64,000 bases of DNA from positions 18,250,101 through 18,314,100 of the forward strand of contig NC_092677.1 of the NCBI RefSeq assembly GCF_964355755.1. Direction: 5' to 3'. Of this stretch, positions 37,380 to 50,814 are shown in pieces (the first letter of the stretch is position 1; every line of letters begins with the position of its first letter). The position numbers were made by a program, and so were the translations under genes. This stretch comes from Antedon mediterranea. Taxonomy: Eukaryota; Animalia; Echinodermata. The notes below the pieces were generated by a model. It worked only from the letters and a program-made list of their open reading frames with translations. It searched no databases and was not told where the DNA came from.

Positions 37380-37845
37380 CTTCAAAGTAAAAACATGAAC
37401 ACATGGTAAATAACAGTTCACGAGTTGAGGGATTCTTCGTTGGATAACATAGTTACAGTTTGATCTGTATGTCAGTGGATAAATAGTGTAATCTGTATTG
37501 TGTACTATTATTGTGTATTACGTTCAGTGAAAATGAGAGAGAGTCGATAACTGTATAAATGTTTAAATATTATTTAATTTAAAATGCAAAGTTTATCGAT
37601 TGATTACGTTAGGAATAGGTCGTCAATGTGTATGATCGAGGGAAAACGTTTCTAGAAAGGAGAGATATATCAAAATGTTAATAAATCTTAAAGACATTTG
37701 ACCAATAATCACTCTCTTAGGCCTGCTATAAGCAGAAATGTAGCAGCAGCGTGAGTAAAATTAATCATTGTAACTAAAGATAAACGTTTCTCCAACACTT
37801 TTCAAGGGGAGTCGGCTAAAGTTAAGAATAATTTGTATGAGTTAA

Positions 37846-38390
37846 AGATGTATTTTCCCTTTGACTACTTCCTAAAAAAATTGTAAAAAAATATTTCGAA
37901 AAAAAGTGGGTAATTTTGAAGTATCATAATAGTTATTAACTTTCACCAAAAATTAGTCGGGGAAAAAATCATTTAACTGAAATACAGACGTTTTTTTGTT
38001 CAAAAAATAACTTTGACTTCCAGTCAAAGTTTTCGATCAAAACATGTCTCATAATGCAACGCACTTGTTTGGCTACTCTGTATGCATAATCATAAAACTT
38101 CATCGCAATCTGTGTAAAAACACCTTCTCAACCGTGACGAGTTGTAAACAATCCTAATTAGCATCATGCATAATGCATACTCGTGGTTTAAATCTTTGTT
38201 TACTTTCGCTCGCGACGATTTTCCAGACGAAATTTAATCAAATTAATTTACCTGTTAATTACGTAAACTTGTTGTTTTTTGCTCACATTATCGACTTAAA
38301 GTGAATAACTTTAATATTACTTTGATATGGCCAATTTAAATTTAGAATATTTTGACCTTCATTTTTTGTGTTTCAAGGGAGAATACATCA
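37846..38390. mobile_element. Kolobok-like MITE
   Basis: TTAA|AGATGTATTTTCCC...GGGAGAATACATCA|TTGA. Empty site GAGTTAAGCTTTATACAG at ~23736. Confidence 0.8.
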
Positions 38391-39182
38391 TTGAGCTTTA
38401 TACAGTAATTGATACCCTCTAGAAAAGAGAAAACAGTACATATCTGGACTCAAACCAACACCAACAGCTGATTTATTCTGAGGGTATATAAAATAATTTA
38501 AATATAACTAAAACGCATAAAGAGAGCAATTTATACAGAAAATCGAGTTTATGCTCGTTGAAAAGTTTGGCAAGCTCAACTAAAGATTAATATGAAATAT
38601 CTCACACATTGATTCATTGACGTAAGCAAAGCCTTTATACTGACTTTAAAAAAGTCAAAATTTAAAAAAAATAACCAAGTACCAAATTATAATATAGATA
38701 TGTTTCAAACAAATCCTTTCTACAATTTCTGTACACGAATCTTAAATTTAGAATTGTAGAAAATACAGTTCGTTACTGTATACTGTATCTAATTTATGAA
38801 CGTAGAAAGGAAATTATAATACGCACATCTTAGTTCCTTTAATTCTAATAATGTCTAAATTAATGTGCTTGATTTTAATTGAGGATTTTTAGGTCGATTC
38901 TTCAACGATGGTATTATTTATTTATTGTCGAGATAGTGAGAGCCATTTTTGGAAGCACATTGCTGCACATCAATCAATACGGAACTTATGTACGGAAACA
39001 TTATTGATTAAAATGTGTATGTTGCTTTTTATAATTATTCTTTTACGCTAGTCCTGAATTTTTAATTAGGATTACATTAACTAATCCTACATTTCCATCA
39101 TATTTTCATTTCTAGTTTTTCTATTTCAACACTAGGCATACATATTGCACTTTGCATAAACAAGTTCTTGAATGATACTTAC

Positions 39183-39315
39183 AAGTATGTTATTGGTTGA
39201 TGGCTATTGTAGTTCCTGACGGATTCTGCAGTTATAATATTATAATTCCGACAAGTTAAGTAGTTAAATGAACACGAGCATTTGATTGGACATATCTGTG
39301 TTAGGAATAATTTGT
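39183..39315 (-). CDS. LRRNT exon: (D)KLFLTQICPIKCSCSFNYLTCRNYNIITAESVRNYNSHQPITYL
   Basis: 133 nt, TTTTTCAG / GTAAGT. Phase 1 to 2 links CUB to the LRR exons. CPxxCxC..C cap motif. Confidence 0.88.
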
Positions 39316-40546
39316 CTGAAAAAAAAACCAGTTAGTTACTAGTTTCGAATTTAATCAAATGGACAGTTACAATTTAAAAGATAGCTATATAGCTAAAAAA
39401 TTAACTATTTTTGTCATTAACTGAATTGTATAAGACTCTTTAGTAGTACTGGAAGTTGTTTAAAAGGTAGATGTATTTTTTTTCTGGTAGGTCATTCTTC
39501 ACCAGAGACTAATATCTACTGTTGTACATCTGCAATTTTGGATTCGTGGATTTGGGACACACCAGATAAATAGTTATTATTAATAACAAAAATATCTTGT
39601 TACTTCAAATGCCTAAATGTTGTGTATAATTTTGTTGGTATAGGTCGGTAGAATTGGTATAGTCTCTGACAATGCACCATTCTTCTACTCTTTGTCTGCC
39701 TTTTCCAGAGTAGTGGATGAAGTCTCTTTTGCAAAATGTAATATGTTTATTTTAAAACATCTTACCATTACGTTTGTGAATTTCTTCCAATTGGTCAATC
39801 GATTTTCAACGTCATAATTGTTAATTTTAGAAAGGAGATTTCATGGTGACCAGGGAGTGTTTATTTGCCTAATTTCTCTGCAATCTACAAGTTGTGTCTG
39901 ATTATGAATCAAGTAAACAGCATACTAGGCTATTATTAATAAATTAAATAATAAATTCATGGCAGGAAGCTAGCCTAGGGTCTGGAATATAGATGGCGAT
40001 TCGTCTTAACATTTGTTTTAAAAACTTGATCTGGAAACATCTAAACGGCAAACTAAACGTCAAAAACCAATAATAGAGCATTGAGAATTTGCTATATTAT
40101 GTTCCACGGCACAGCGATCTTCTTTTTATTAGATACAGTGTTTTATTTTAGAATTGTCGCAAGGAGTGTTTCTCTGTTAAGTATCTTCTATGAAATCTTC
40201 AATAAGCCTAAGCAGATATCATGGTATGAAACATATATTTTTTCAGTAGTTCAAATACAATCATGGATTATTAATTAAGAAGACATTGAAACCTACAATA
40301 AATCCTACTTTCAGAATTAATTAAACGCACCCGTTCTCGTCTTATAATTGTCCAACAAAAACATGAACAATTAAGATTAATAAAATCAGACTTGAATAGC
40401 CCATTTTGTAAAAAAAAAACCGGAAGCAAATGATGTTTCTATTCCTACTTATAAAAAGACGGATTAAAGATGTACATAAAATCTTATTGGGCTGACAGCC
40501 AATTTGACTATTTGTAAAACATTATTTTGCTAAAACAATTGTTTAC

Positions 40547-40891
40547 CTTGTGTAACAATTACTGCTGTAACTGTTGCATTAAATCCTCTCTTTGTTACAA
40601 AACCATCAGTAGACAAAGCAATCCACATTGTGTTGTTGTTGGAAACTACAGAATCAAATATTGAACCTGTAAACCTAACATTATATCTATTTCCTCCTGC
40701 AAATGCTAAATTCAAATAATCATATCCGTTCTCCAGTTGAAAGTCGTTGAACTTAATACGAATAACCAACTCTTGAAGGGTCGTAACCATCCATTCACAC
40801 TTTAAATTGTTTTCGTAGTATTTCGGATAATTAGGAGACCAAAATGCATATGATGAGTTCTCAGATTCAAGATGAATATCCCTGTTACATT
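40547..40891 (-). CDS. CUB-domain exon
   Basis: 345 nt, TTGCAG / GTAAAC, phase 1/1. SPNYPKYYENNLKCEW, FNDFQLENGYDYL, STDGFVTKRGFNAT. Confidence 0.93.
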
Positions 40892-42016
40892 CTGCAAAAA
40901 TGTAGAATTTAATAATATAATACACGGATATTTAAATGTAATACAGATGTTAAGAAAAGTGATATCTATTACGCATGATGATTTGTAGCAACAAATATGG
41001 TAGAATTAAACCACTTAAATCATACAATTCAAGTTTCTAACGCGAAAACATTTTTAATTCAAAATTTAAGAGAACATTTTAATTCTATATTTTAAATGTT
41101 GCAATTTTTGTATGTTTTATCGCATTTGTAATGTATTTTATAAGTATATTAATGTATTTCTATATAAGTATTATAATGTATTTTATATCTTATCTTGCCG
41201 AAGAAGACAGTAAAAAAAAATCTATTTTTGACAATAAAGTTAATCTATGTCTAGGTCTAATATATTGTTTACAAAAAAAACATTGATAGAAAAATAACGT
41301 AATTAATAATTTAGGAAATCATAATATTTGATATTTTCAATATAACTTTACAAGTTATTTGGATACTCCTGTATAATATCTAAATGTGATTGGTGGTTAT
41401 GATAGTTATTTTTACCTATCATTGTGTTTTTACTTGGGGTACCCGAGTCTAGTACTTACTCATTTTCTCCATCTGGACACTATTGAGTAAAAAGTGCGAT
41501 TTTTAAAGTACTACTCCTCCCTTATTAGTTGTAGTATTGAGCTGGGATTTAGCATGAATATACTACAGGGACATTTCCTCAAATCTATAGAGCCGGATGT
41601 TTAAATTTCAAACCGGATGCAGCCATATGACGTCTCGAAGATGGTACCATATAGCCGTATTTGGTAGGTTATTGATGTGTATGTGACGTCACATCCCGTC
41701 TTATGACGTCATCTTCATTTGCTGTACCTCGAGTATCGCACATTCGTGATTTTTACTCGGGGTACCCGAGTCTAGTACTTACTCATTTTCTCCTCCACCA
41801 TCTGGACACTATTGAGTAAAAAGTGCGATTTTTAAAGTACTACTCCTCCCTTATTAGTTGTAGTATTGAGCTGGGATTTGGCATGAACATACTACAGGGA
41901 CATGTCCTCAAAGCTATAGAGCCGGATTTTTAATTTTTTGTTAATTAATTTGTTTAATTAAGAATCCACAATGTGTGACACACACCACAGCGTTATGTAG
42001 TTATATGGTTATATGC

Positions 42017-42089
42017 GGCTTCTTGGCGTAGTGGTTATCACGTTTGCTCAATACGCAGAAGGTACCTGGTTCGAGCCCGGGCTAAACCT
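42017..42089 (+). pseudogene. tRNA-Val-derived pseudogene (anticodon reads AAT)
   Basis: GTAGTGGTTATCACG, GGTTCGAGCCC, T-run. Acceptor stem broken. Confidence 0.7.
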
Positions 42090-42297
42090 TTTTTTTAAAC
42101 TTTATGGTGAAAAGTACTGTATACGCAATATGATAATTATACACAGTATATCTTATTATTATTTTTTAAAATACTTATTTTGTGTAATCGGTAATTATCA
42201 CTTTTACACATGTTTATTTTGCTTTGTGCTTATTACCATTTATTTGTAATTTAAATGGATTAAAAAACTTTCTGTAACCCACAATTTCAATGTAAGA

Positions 42298-42369
42298 GGT
42301 TTCGTAGTGTAGTGGTTGTCAAGTCTGCTTAACATGCAGAAGGTCCCGGTTCGAGCCCTGGCGAAACCT
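42298..42369 (+). tRNA. tRNA-Val(AAC)-like, probably pseudo
   Basis: Acceptor GGTTTCG/CGAAACC, anticodon arm TCTGC-TTAACAT-GCAGA. D and T arms imperfect. Confidence 0.55.
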
Positions 42370-42521
42370 ATTTTTCTTTAACTTTCTAACTGTATACGTC
42401 TGTATACAGCTTCTTTCGCTGTACCCCGAGTATTGCACATTCGTGCTTGTTTGTTAATTAATTTGTTTAATTAAGAAGCCACAATGTGTGACACACACCA
42501 CAGCGTTATGTGGTTATATGC

Positions 42522-42594
42522 GGCTTCTTGGCGTAGTGGTTATCACGTTTGCTTAACACGCAGAAGGTACCTGGTTCGAGACCGGACGAAACCT
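42522..42594 (+). pseudogene. tRNA-Val(AAC)-derived
   Basis: TTTGC-TTAACAC-GCAGA, GGTTCGAGACC, long T-run. Confidence 0.7.
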
Positions 42595-42809
42595 TTTTTT
42601 TTTTAAATTTATGGTGAAAAGTACTGTATACGCAATATGATAATTATACAGAGTATATCTTATTTTTATTATTTTTTAAAATACTTATTTTGTGTAATCG
42701 GTAATTATCACTTTTAAACAAGTTTATTTTGCTTTGTGCTTATTACCATATTTATTTGTAATTTAAATGGATTAAAAAACTTTCTGTAACCCACATTTTT
42801 AGTATAAGA

Positions 42810-42881
42810 GGTTTCGTAGTGTAGTGGTTGTCAAGTCTGCTTATCACGCAGAAGGTCCCGGTTCGAGCCCTGGCGAAACCT
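42810..42881 (+). pseudogene. tRNA-Val-derived (anticodon reads ATC)
   Basis: Duplicate of 42298-42369 with loop TTATCAC. Confidence 0.7.
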
Positions 42882-43982
42882 ATTTTTCTTTAACTTTATG
42901 GTGAAATATACTGTATACGTAAACTAATATAGAGTATATCTCGTTTTATTACTCGGGGTACCTGAGTCTAGAACTCTCTCATCTTTTCCTCTTCTTCTTC
43001 CATCCGGACACTATTGAGCAAAAAGTGCGATTTATAAAGTACTACTCCTCCCTTATTCGTTGTAGTATTGAGCTCGGATTTAGCATGAATATACTTCAGG
43101 GACATGTCGTCAAAGCTATAGAGCCGGATTTTTTAATTTCATACCGGATGCAGCCATATGACGTCTCGAAGATGGTACCGTATAGCAGTATTTGGTAGCG
43201 CGGTTATTGATGTGTATGTGACGTTACATCCGGTCTTATGACGTCATTACAGCTTCTTTCGCTGTACCCCGAGTATTGCACATTCGTGCTTGTTATATAT
43301 AGTTTTAACAATAATTATGGTCATTAACTCAGGACGTGCTAAAGTATAATTTATGATAGACATAATATATAAAATTAGATTACCAATGTCCAAACAGTAA
43401 TCAGCAATTGCCATGGCCCAGTTTATCCCATTTATAAAAGTGTGAATTTTATCAATTACCTATTGATGAAAAATATTTGATTTCTGTGTGTACTTTGTTA
43501 AGTAATAAAATGGTTAGCGATATTGTCCGTTTAGGTTTCCAGTTTTAACTGTACAAGGAAAGTCAGCACCTGTAATCTACATTTACGCCAAAGCTTAAAT
43601 CTGCACATGGATAAAAACAAACAACAGAGACGACTTCAAGCAGGTAAATCAAATTTACAAATAACAAATGCCTATCGTCTTCTTCTTTACTTATGTAACA
43701 TTACATAAACATTAACTGAGTTCATGTTACTGTTTGAACTAATAGTCATAACATTTTTAGTATGTTATGTAGAAAGAGAATCACGATTGATCAAGAGAGA
43801 TAAAATACATTTTTGTTCTACAGAATCGACCAGTTTTCTGTAGAAGAGAATCACGGTTGCTCAAGATAGAAACGATTGTGTACAATTGTGGAGAATTTCG
43901 ATTTTCAATCAATTCTCTTTTGATATTTTTTTTGTTGGAATACAAAAGTAAAACAAGTTCAAGTACTTGAAACCATACTCAC

Positions 43983-44040
43983 GAATAGAACAGCTTGAAA
44001 ATGGTACAACAACCAACATGAGAACGCAAAAGATGAACAT
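43983..44040 (-). CDS. First coding exon (signal peptide MFIFCVLMLVVVPFSSCSI) of CUB-LRR gene
   Basis: ATG, hydrophobic 19-mer, donor GTGAGT, phase 1 matches the CUB exon. A probable 5' UTR intron lies at 44055-44125. Confidence 0.75.
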
Positions 44041-44855
44041 CTTCTTACGTGATTCTGTACTTATTCGTTAACGATTTTACGCAATTCCGTACGTTCACTC
44101 ACTCGTATTCGCGAATTAAACTTACCTCCGTGATTCTTTCCAACTTATAACACTTGTTTTTGGTGGTCTTCATTAAATTATGATATTGCTTTTAGACAAT
44201 TTACAAAATTGATTAGATAAATCGTATCACCAGGTCTATACTAAATAAATTATGAGTTTGTTACTGATGTTGCATGCATTATGTTATTCTGCTATAATTC
44301 TAAACTTTGTACGATATACACTAACTAGATCTGGTAGAAGCGTTTTTATGTATCTTCTCCTTTTTTCAGACAAGAGATGACAATAGATGTGTGTAGATAT
44401 AGAGTTTTCGTTAACTGGTTACCATAATGTGACGAAATTTAGAGGCGAATTCAAGGGGAGGGGAGGCGCAGTCGGCCCGGGTCGCATCTTATGGATACGA
44501 ATAATGAATATTCATGTTTATTTTGTGATAGAGGGGTCCCCAACTTATGTACGACAAGAAATATAGCGCCCGGGTCTCTCTCAATCTCTACTAAACTCCT
44601 GATAAAACTCACCTGAAATAATCAATTATGATCGTGTTGTTAAGTTTGTAAACGTTTAATTTAATTTTCAGATATCTCCTTTGATTAATTATTTATTTAT
44701 TTCATCGATCAGTGTAGGCCTACTAGTCATTTGCCTGACAGCAGCACCCTAGCTTATTACCAGATAATTATAACAATAGAAAAAAACAAATTATATTTTC
44801 ACAAAATTGATTTATTTAAATCGAACATCAATAAATGTTCACATAAGGTAAATCG

Positions 44856-45000
44856 TGGTTCCCACTAGAGACGCAATGCAATGGCGACGTAGACGCAACG
44901 CAAGTGAGTTGACTAATCACAAGCGACAGTTTAAATAATCCATCGCTTGTGATTGGTCACTACCTTGCGTTCCGTGCATTGAGTCTCTCTAGTGGAACCA
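44856..45000. mobile_element. Small Harbinger-like MITE
   Basis: TGGTTCCCACTAGAGACGCAATGCA / TGCATTGAGTCTCTCTAGTGGAACCA inverted ends. Internal inverted repeat ATCACAAGCGA / TCGCTTGTGAT. Confidence 0.6.
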
Positions 45001-47188
45001 ATCATTAGTAATATACCAAGCATGCAGTAATAATTTATTCACAGAGTCTTCACCAGACTATACATTGATACGGTACTTACAATTAATCATAACATGATAA
45101 AGCAAACAAAGTTACAGATCGGGGTTGGTGAAATCATGGTTGTATTTTTGTCCATTATAATTATTTTTCTGATACCGTTGTGGACAGAAAAACCCCTATA
45201 TGGACAAATAAAGCCAATTACTCCCCATGACGCTATAATAATAACGGACCAACCCTACTCTATTGAAATGTTATTATTACATTAAATAAACAACTCTTGT
45301 ATGGTATATAACAACAGGGCTCACAACAATTACATCAATATTTTGTTAAAGGCCAAATAAATAAATATTTAAATTGTTCAAGTTTTTTCCTAAGGAAATA
45401 ATTAGATAACGCGGCTTCTATGATAGTGGACCGACCACGATGACAAAAATATTAAATGATGAAATAGAGACTTACACTCTTAAATTTTGATTTTACATGT
45501 AAAATTGAATTATAGTATAATTTAAAAGTGGGTTGCCTCCAGAAAGAGAAGAAACAAAATTATGACAAAACATGTAACAACAAAAGACCTCAACAGATAT
45601 ATTTGTTACAAAACTGTATCGTATTACAATTGCCAATACATATCATATAATTTTTTCATCATATTCACAATAAATAATAATATTGTAATAAATAATCATA
45701 ATTATTGTTGTAAATTGTTCAATATTTAAAAACATGTAGGGCCTATGTTTTGTTTTTCCTTTGTGTTATTAAGCTATTGGATACGAGACCAATACAGTAT
45801 ACTTGTTTTGGATATAGCCTTATTGATTTGATTTATGTTTTTATTTAGGGTATTTGTGATCGTTAATCTTTATACAATTGTTAAATATAATAGCTTGTGC
45901 GATAATACGTTTTGCTTTGTTGATATAAATCGTTATTCTTCGTTTGAAGATTCCTATCATATAGCCTTGTTTTGTAGATACCTATATCTGCACAGTGTCT
46001 ATCAATTATTGTCATGTAACGATTGACTGATCTGGCTTCATGTATTATATTCATTATTTTCGTTTTTAGTTTCGCTTTTACTAGCTGTTCACAATGGTAA
46101 AGTTAATTTTGGTTGTTTGCTTTTTTTACAAAGTTATATGTTAAGTTAAATGGTGTGATGATTACTAAAAGTGTCTTGTATTAATCTAGCTTTAAGTACT
46201 GTACAATTTGATCAATTTCGAATATCGATTTGATTCTCCTTTATAAGCCTTTCTTGTTGTTAATATTGCGCTGCTTGTTATGAATAAAATGTGTTTTTTA
46301 AAAAGAATGTATGGCCATTTCCTTTTTATGTAAATTATGTCACAAAATATATTTGATATTAAAGAATGCAGAATAAATTGTCGTATAAAATTAGGTTATT
46401 AAACAAAAAATTCTAAACGGCATATCTCCTGAAAGATAACAGTTGTGTTGTAATTTTAACAGTGTGATTTGAAATGTGTTTGTGTTATGAGTATTTGTAC
46501 AGTACAGTATTTGTGCTAACGTTATCACGTTCCATTAACTAACTCTAACACTCAACGATTCATGTTAGTAGCCATACAATTTCCGTTAAAAATACAATAT
46601 TAATTATTTGTTTTTTTCAGTTGGGAATTTCCCCAAACTTACAAATTTATAATATTAGGCCTATTTAACTTTTAACAAACAAAAAAATAATAATACTATT
46701 AAAGGAATTAACAAATATACACCGTCTTACCATGTGACACATGCAAGCGAAATCAGACATAAGCATGGGTAGATTTGTATAGATAGCAAAAAACAAAAGA
46801 CTGAAACATTTGTTTAAACAATAGTTGAAACAGTATTTATTTACATTACTTACTGATGTTTTTCTATTTCGAGACAAATTAATAAATACATAAATGTTAA
46901 CATTTTGTGTCGTCTGGTCTGGTGTAAATTATGTATGGTTTTCATAAAACCTATCATGTTTTATGCTTTTAAATTGAAAGTGTTCCAATGGGTTGTTTAA
47001 AAAAGAGAATATATAAACTTTTAACAACAAATATATATTATCTGGTAATTATTAATTCACAACATAACAAATACAGTAAAATAGGCCTATAATTTAAAAT
47101 TATTGGAAATTTTTATCGTTTTTCAATTATCACAAAGCAATCAACTATTTCTATTTATATACTTGTATGTTATCTGCATTTAAACAAA

Positions 47189-47263
47189 TTATACGACTCG
47201 GGCTTGTAAACAAGTTACAAGTTCGTCCGCGTAGTTGAATATCTGAGCCTTGGCTGATGTATT
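47189..47263 (-). CDS. ML-domain gene exon 5 (last): NTSAKAQIFNYADELVTCLQARVV*
   Basis: TTTACAG acceptor, phase 0, ML-type C-terminal strand with Cys, TAA stop. Confidence 0.8.
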   Translation of the reverse strand, partial: NTSAKAQIFNYADELVTCLQARVV

Positions 47264-47483
47264 CTGTAAAGATAAGTAAATTTATATGAACACTTACCTT
47301 ACTTATTTTGATAATAAAAACATTCAAAGTAATTAACCAGGCGGATTATTATTTATTAATATTATTTTATATTGATTTAGCTAGGCGCTTTATTTGTATT
47401 GTATTTTTTTAATTTGTTCTCATCAGAGATCATGCTTCGTGAATTAATATACTGAAATATGAAGGTGTATCAATTTGATCTCT

Positions 47484-47781
47484 GGCCGTGTTTTCGCAGT
47501 CCAAAATTAACCGACACAAATTAACAGATAATTAACCGATAACGTTCCTGTGAAAACCCGATTCCTCTAGAGAAAATATAACCGATACTTATCTCATTCA
47601 AATCAGATAATTATTCGAATAAATGCGATAATTGTTTAACTTTGACCTGAAGGACAAATCGTTGCGTTGTGATTGGGCTCTTGGTTGTTCGATGTCTGAT
47701 CATGCGCAATTTATTTTTTTAATTAATTATATGATTGGTTAAAAAACGCGATAATGTTGTTATGGCTGTGGAAACACGGCC
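47484..47781. mobile_element. Harbinger-like MITE
   Basis: GGCCGTGTTTTCGCAG / CTGTGGAAACACGGCC. Confidence 0.55.
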
Positions 47782-48601
47782 TTTAATGCGCGTTCGGACA
47801 AATCGCAAATCGCTATCCAGTCGAGTTTGAACAATACCAGAAATCACCTATTGCTTATTGTTTAGGACATCAAGCACGATGGTTACGGATTCGAATCTCG
47901 TTGGGGCGGCTTTGTCTTATTCTCACAATGTTTCTTTTTTTTTCTCAAATACACGTAGGATTAAATATAATGATGCAAAATAAATTGTATAATTAAGTTA
48001 TTAGTGAGCTTTCGCATCGGGACTGTGACGAAGGACTGTGATGAAAGGGTAATAACTAATAGCTGTGTGAATAGTCTCCCGTCTTGTTATTAAATGCGTT
48101 CCATACAAGCGCGCGACGACGGTAAGCCCTATCCTAGGCATAGAGACAGCAGGCAGGTTAGATTATATTCTGCGTCTAATAGCCGAGTTGAGTTAGCAAA
48201 GTCCAAAAGCATGAACTAAAAACACCTAATCAAAGTCTCAAGGAGGGGTTACAAGGATGTTTCTCTTTTTTTAATTTTCAAAAAGAATCAAAATAAATTC
48301 ACAGTGTATACATAATATAATATACATACAATTATGGTGTTTTAGTTAAATTTACTAAACTAAAAATGAAAAAAACTTGGCCTCATACCATCTATGTATT
48401 TCAAAATGACGTCATAACTTTTATCCGTCTTGTTTTCAGACTGACCGAACGTTAAATCGGCCATATACAGTCGTAATAATGAATGGAACGTGTACTGGGT
48501 TTATACACATAATGGTCGTTTATATAAATTACTTTTCGATTAAGTTCCCGACATGAAAGCTCACCATTAAACAAAGAATAAAATTAATAAAAATGTACTA
48601 C

Positions 48602-48657
48602 CTTGTAGGTTATTGAATATCCTGTAATACTGCACCTTGTCTTCAAATAAAACCAAT
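48602..48657 (-). CDS. ML-domain gene exon 4: (D)WFYLKTRCSITGYSITYK
   Basis: TTTTCTTTCAG acceptor, GT donor, phase 1 to 0. Confidence 0.75.
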
Positions 48658-48859
48658 CTGAAAGAAAATATTAGAAATACTAGTTTGTATCTTTTGTTAT
48701 CGGATTATTAAGATAAATTCCAGCACAATAGAAAAGATAGCAAACCGGTCCCCAAACTCGTTTTACAGTGCCGAGCTAAAACCAAACTCATGTTTACATT
48801 ATTTTGATTCAGTAGTACAACCCGGCAATCGGCATTGGCACGGTTAAACTACCGTTAAT

Positions 48860-49860
48860 TTTAACGCTTTACTTGTTGGCAGCTCTATCAACGCATTAAT
48901 GAATCATTAGATATGATAGAAGTGGGGATCTTTTCTTTGGAATAGGACCAATTGCTTCTCTAATGCCAACAAGAGGCCACGCATGTCACCGGTATCCGAG
49001 CTGGATGTGATCACTGAGATTAATTCAGCGGCATTTCTTGTTAGACGCTGAACCGTGCTCTTTTGCTGCCTCTGGTAATCAGCTTGTGCAGAACTGGCGT
49101 TCGACCGTTTCGCTTGATCTACGTTTCGCATAAAAAACTCTGGAAGTTAATGTTTAAGCATTTTCAGTCACCCAATCTAGTTGCTTACATGTTGGTCTAC
49201 CCGTCCAAATGCACTAAGAGCTATATCTGTAAGTGCTAATCGAAACCAGCACCTACTGAACTACTAGGCCTAGTTGTTGCAACGTGACCAATAAAAAAAT
49301 CTTGAAACGTGACCATGCTTGCAAGTTGTTTATTTGTAGAAGCGACATCAATTGTAGTGTGATAAACGTCAATTTAAACTATTATTGGTTGAAGGTTCTT
49401 TGTAAATTCTTTTATTATTGATATATTTGATATTTCTTAAATAATTTATATAATCTATTTTTTACTTGTTTTTTTATTCTAAACATGTTAAACTTGTGTT
49501 AGAGAAAAGATATTAGTTTAATTGTTGTTTTTTTGGAGTTTCTAATTGTGTTATATTATTTATATTTTATTTGTTTTGTTTTGAGGAGCCTATTCACCAC
49601 AAGCTTTGCTTTCTTTTAGGCTCCTCCACTTTATATTTATATATTTGTAAAGTGAAATAAATAAATGAAATGAAATGAAATATCTCTTTGGTGAAATATT
49701 AAGAGTGAATCTCACAAGAGCATGATCAGAGTTGCAGTCATTGAATTTTACGCTACGGCAATGGATTACCTCGCGTAGCTCTGACAACGCTTCACACATG
49801 GTCGATCTAGTTGGTGCCAGCGGCGAGAACGAGGATACATCCAGGTTATTGTAAGGCATA
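48860..49860 (-). mobile_element. RTE-clade LINE fragments (endonuclease and linker)
   Basis: PRSRRWHQLD and DCNSDHALV at 49690-49860, DTGDMRGL at ~48980. Confidence 0.6.
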
Positions 49861-50341
49861 AAGTACCTTCAAAATAGGTGAAGGCAACACAAAGACTGGG
49901 AAAACAGAAGCATGTAGTTTTGACATTGACTTGATGCTGAAAAAATACCCTGGTCGCGGAACAACCCAGGTATTATAATGTGTTTCGTTGTTTGCACTCT
50001 GGCCTAAACTTCCACATAGTGTGCGCCCCGGGTGTGACTATTCCGAATCAACTTCGCACTTTCTACTGAAAGTATGAAATGGTTTTTATTGATTGTGCAT
50101 ACAGTAACTAACATAGTGAAATTTATTAATTTTAAAATTTACTTCACTTATAATAAGTCAGATTAGAGGAGATTGAGAGAAGAATCTTTATGTATTGACG
50201 TTAACGCGCTTCGCCATTTCCAACTATTTATTTAAAGAAAAAAAACGGGACTCTTATCTATAGAGCTATTATTTTGATTTCGGTAATTGATTGTAGTTAG
50301 GCCTACTTAAAGCTCTGTATAGGTATCAAGTAGTAACTTAC

Positions 50342-50482
50342 CATCCTTTTTCACGGGTAGTGGACAGGGCTTGTAATTGATTGTGGAACAGCTGACTCCG
50401 AAATTAAAGTTAAATGACCACGGTTGATTATCATTGTAAAATTGAACAATACCGTTACCAGATCCACCATCAATGTATGCAA
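50342..50482 (-). CDS. ML-domain gene exon 3: (L)AYIDGGSGNGIVQFYNDNQPWSFNFNFGVSCSTINYKPCPLPVKKD
   Basis: 141 nt, AG / GTAAGT, phase 1/1, C-x7-CP motif. Confidence 0.8.
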
Positions 50483-50672
50483 CTTTAAATAAATAAGTGG
50501 AGCATTAATTAGTAATTTCATTGAAGAGTTATTTCCTGGTAATTTAAATTGGAAGATACATTAAAAAATCATTTTATAAGAACTCTAGCCAGTATAAGGA
50601 CGAGGTGCCAATTAATTATTAAGCTGCAAGGGAAAAAAATATGTGTTCGATCATGTTACAATCTATACATAC

Positions 50673-50759
50673 GTGTTTGAAACGCCATCTCTATGTCAAT
50701 CGAACCAGTGTGTGATGTCAGTTTTTCAGGTGTATATGTATAATAAAACCCCGAGCCAT
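50673..50759 (-). CDS. ML-domain gene exon 2: (H)GSGFYYTYTPEKLTSHTGSIDIEMAFQT
   Basis: 87 nt, TTGCAG / GTATGT, phase 1/1. Confidence 0.78.
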
Positions 50760-50814
50760 CTGCAATAATGCAAAAAGGTAATTGTGATGAGAAATCAATT
50801 ACAGTTTAACTACC

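Larger units (their letters stand above)
41430..43293 (+). mobile_element. Tandem array of Helentron-type elements (family C) containing tRNA-derived segments
   Basis: Units start TTTACTCGGGGTACCCGAGT (41430, 41753, ~42948) and end GTACCCCGAGTATTGCACATTCGTGCTTGTT (subterminal inverted repeat plus hairpin). Confidence 0.7.

Noticed and set aside
45081-45156. Alternative signal-peptide-like exon (MDKNTTMISPTPICNFVCFIML*LI) with GTAAGT donor
   Set aside because: It has an in-frame TGA, and phase 0 does not fit the CUB exon. 43983-44040 fits better.
47860-47915. B-box-like GGATTCGAATC
   Set aside because: Only a fragment with no cloverleaf. At most a SINE relic.
50342-50482. Exon initially read as a truncated SRCR start belonging to the CUB-LRR gene
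   Set aside because: Phases and Cys pattern join it to a separate ML-domain gene that has its own stop at 47189.
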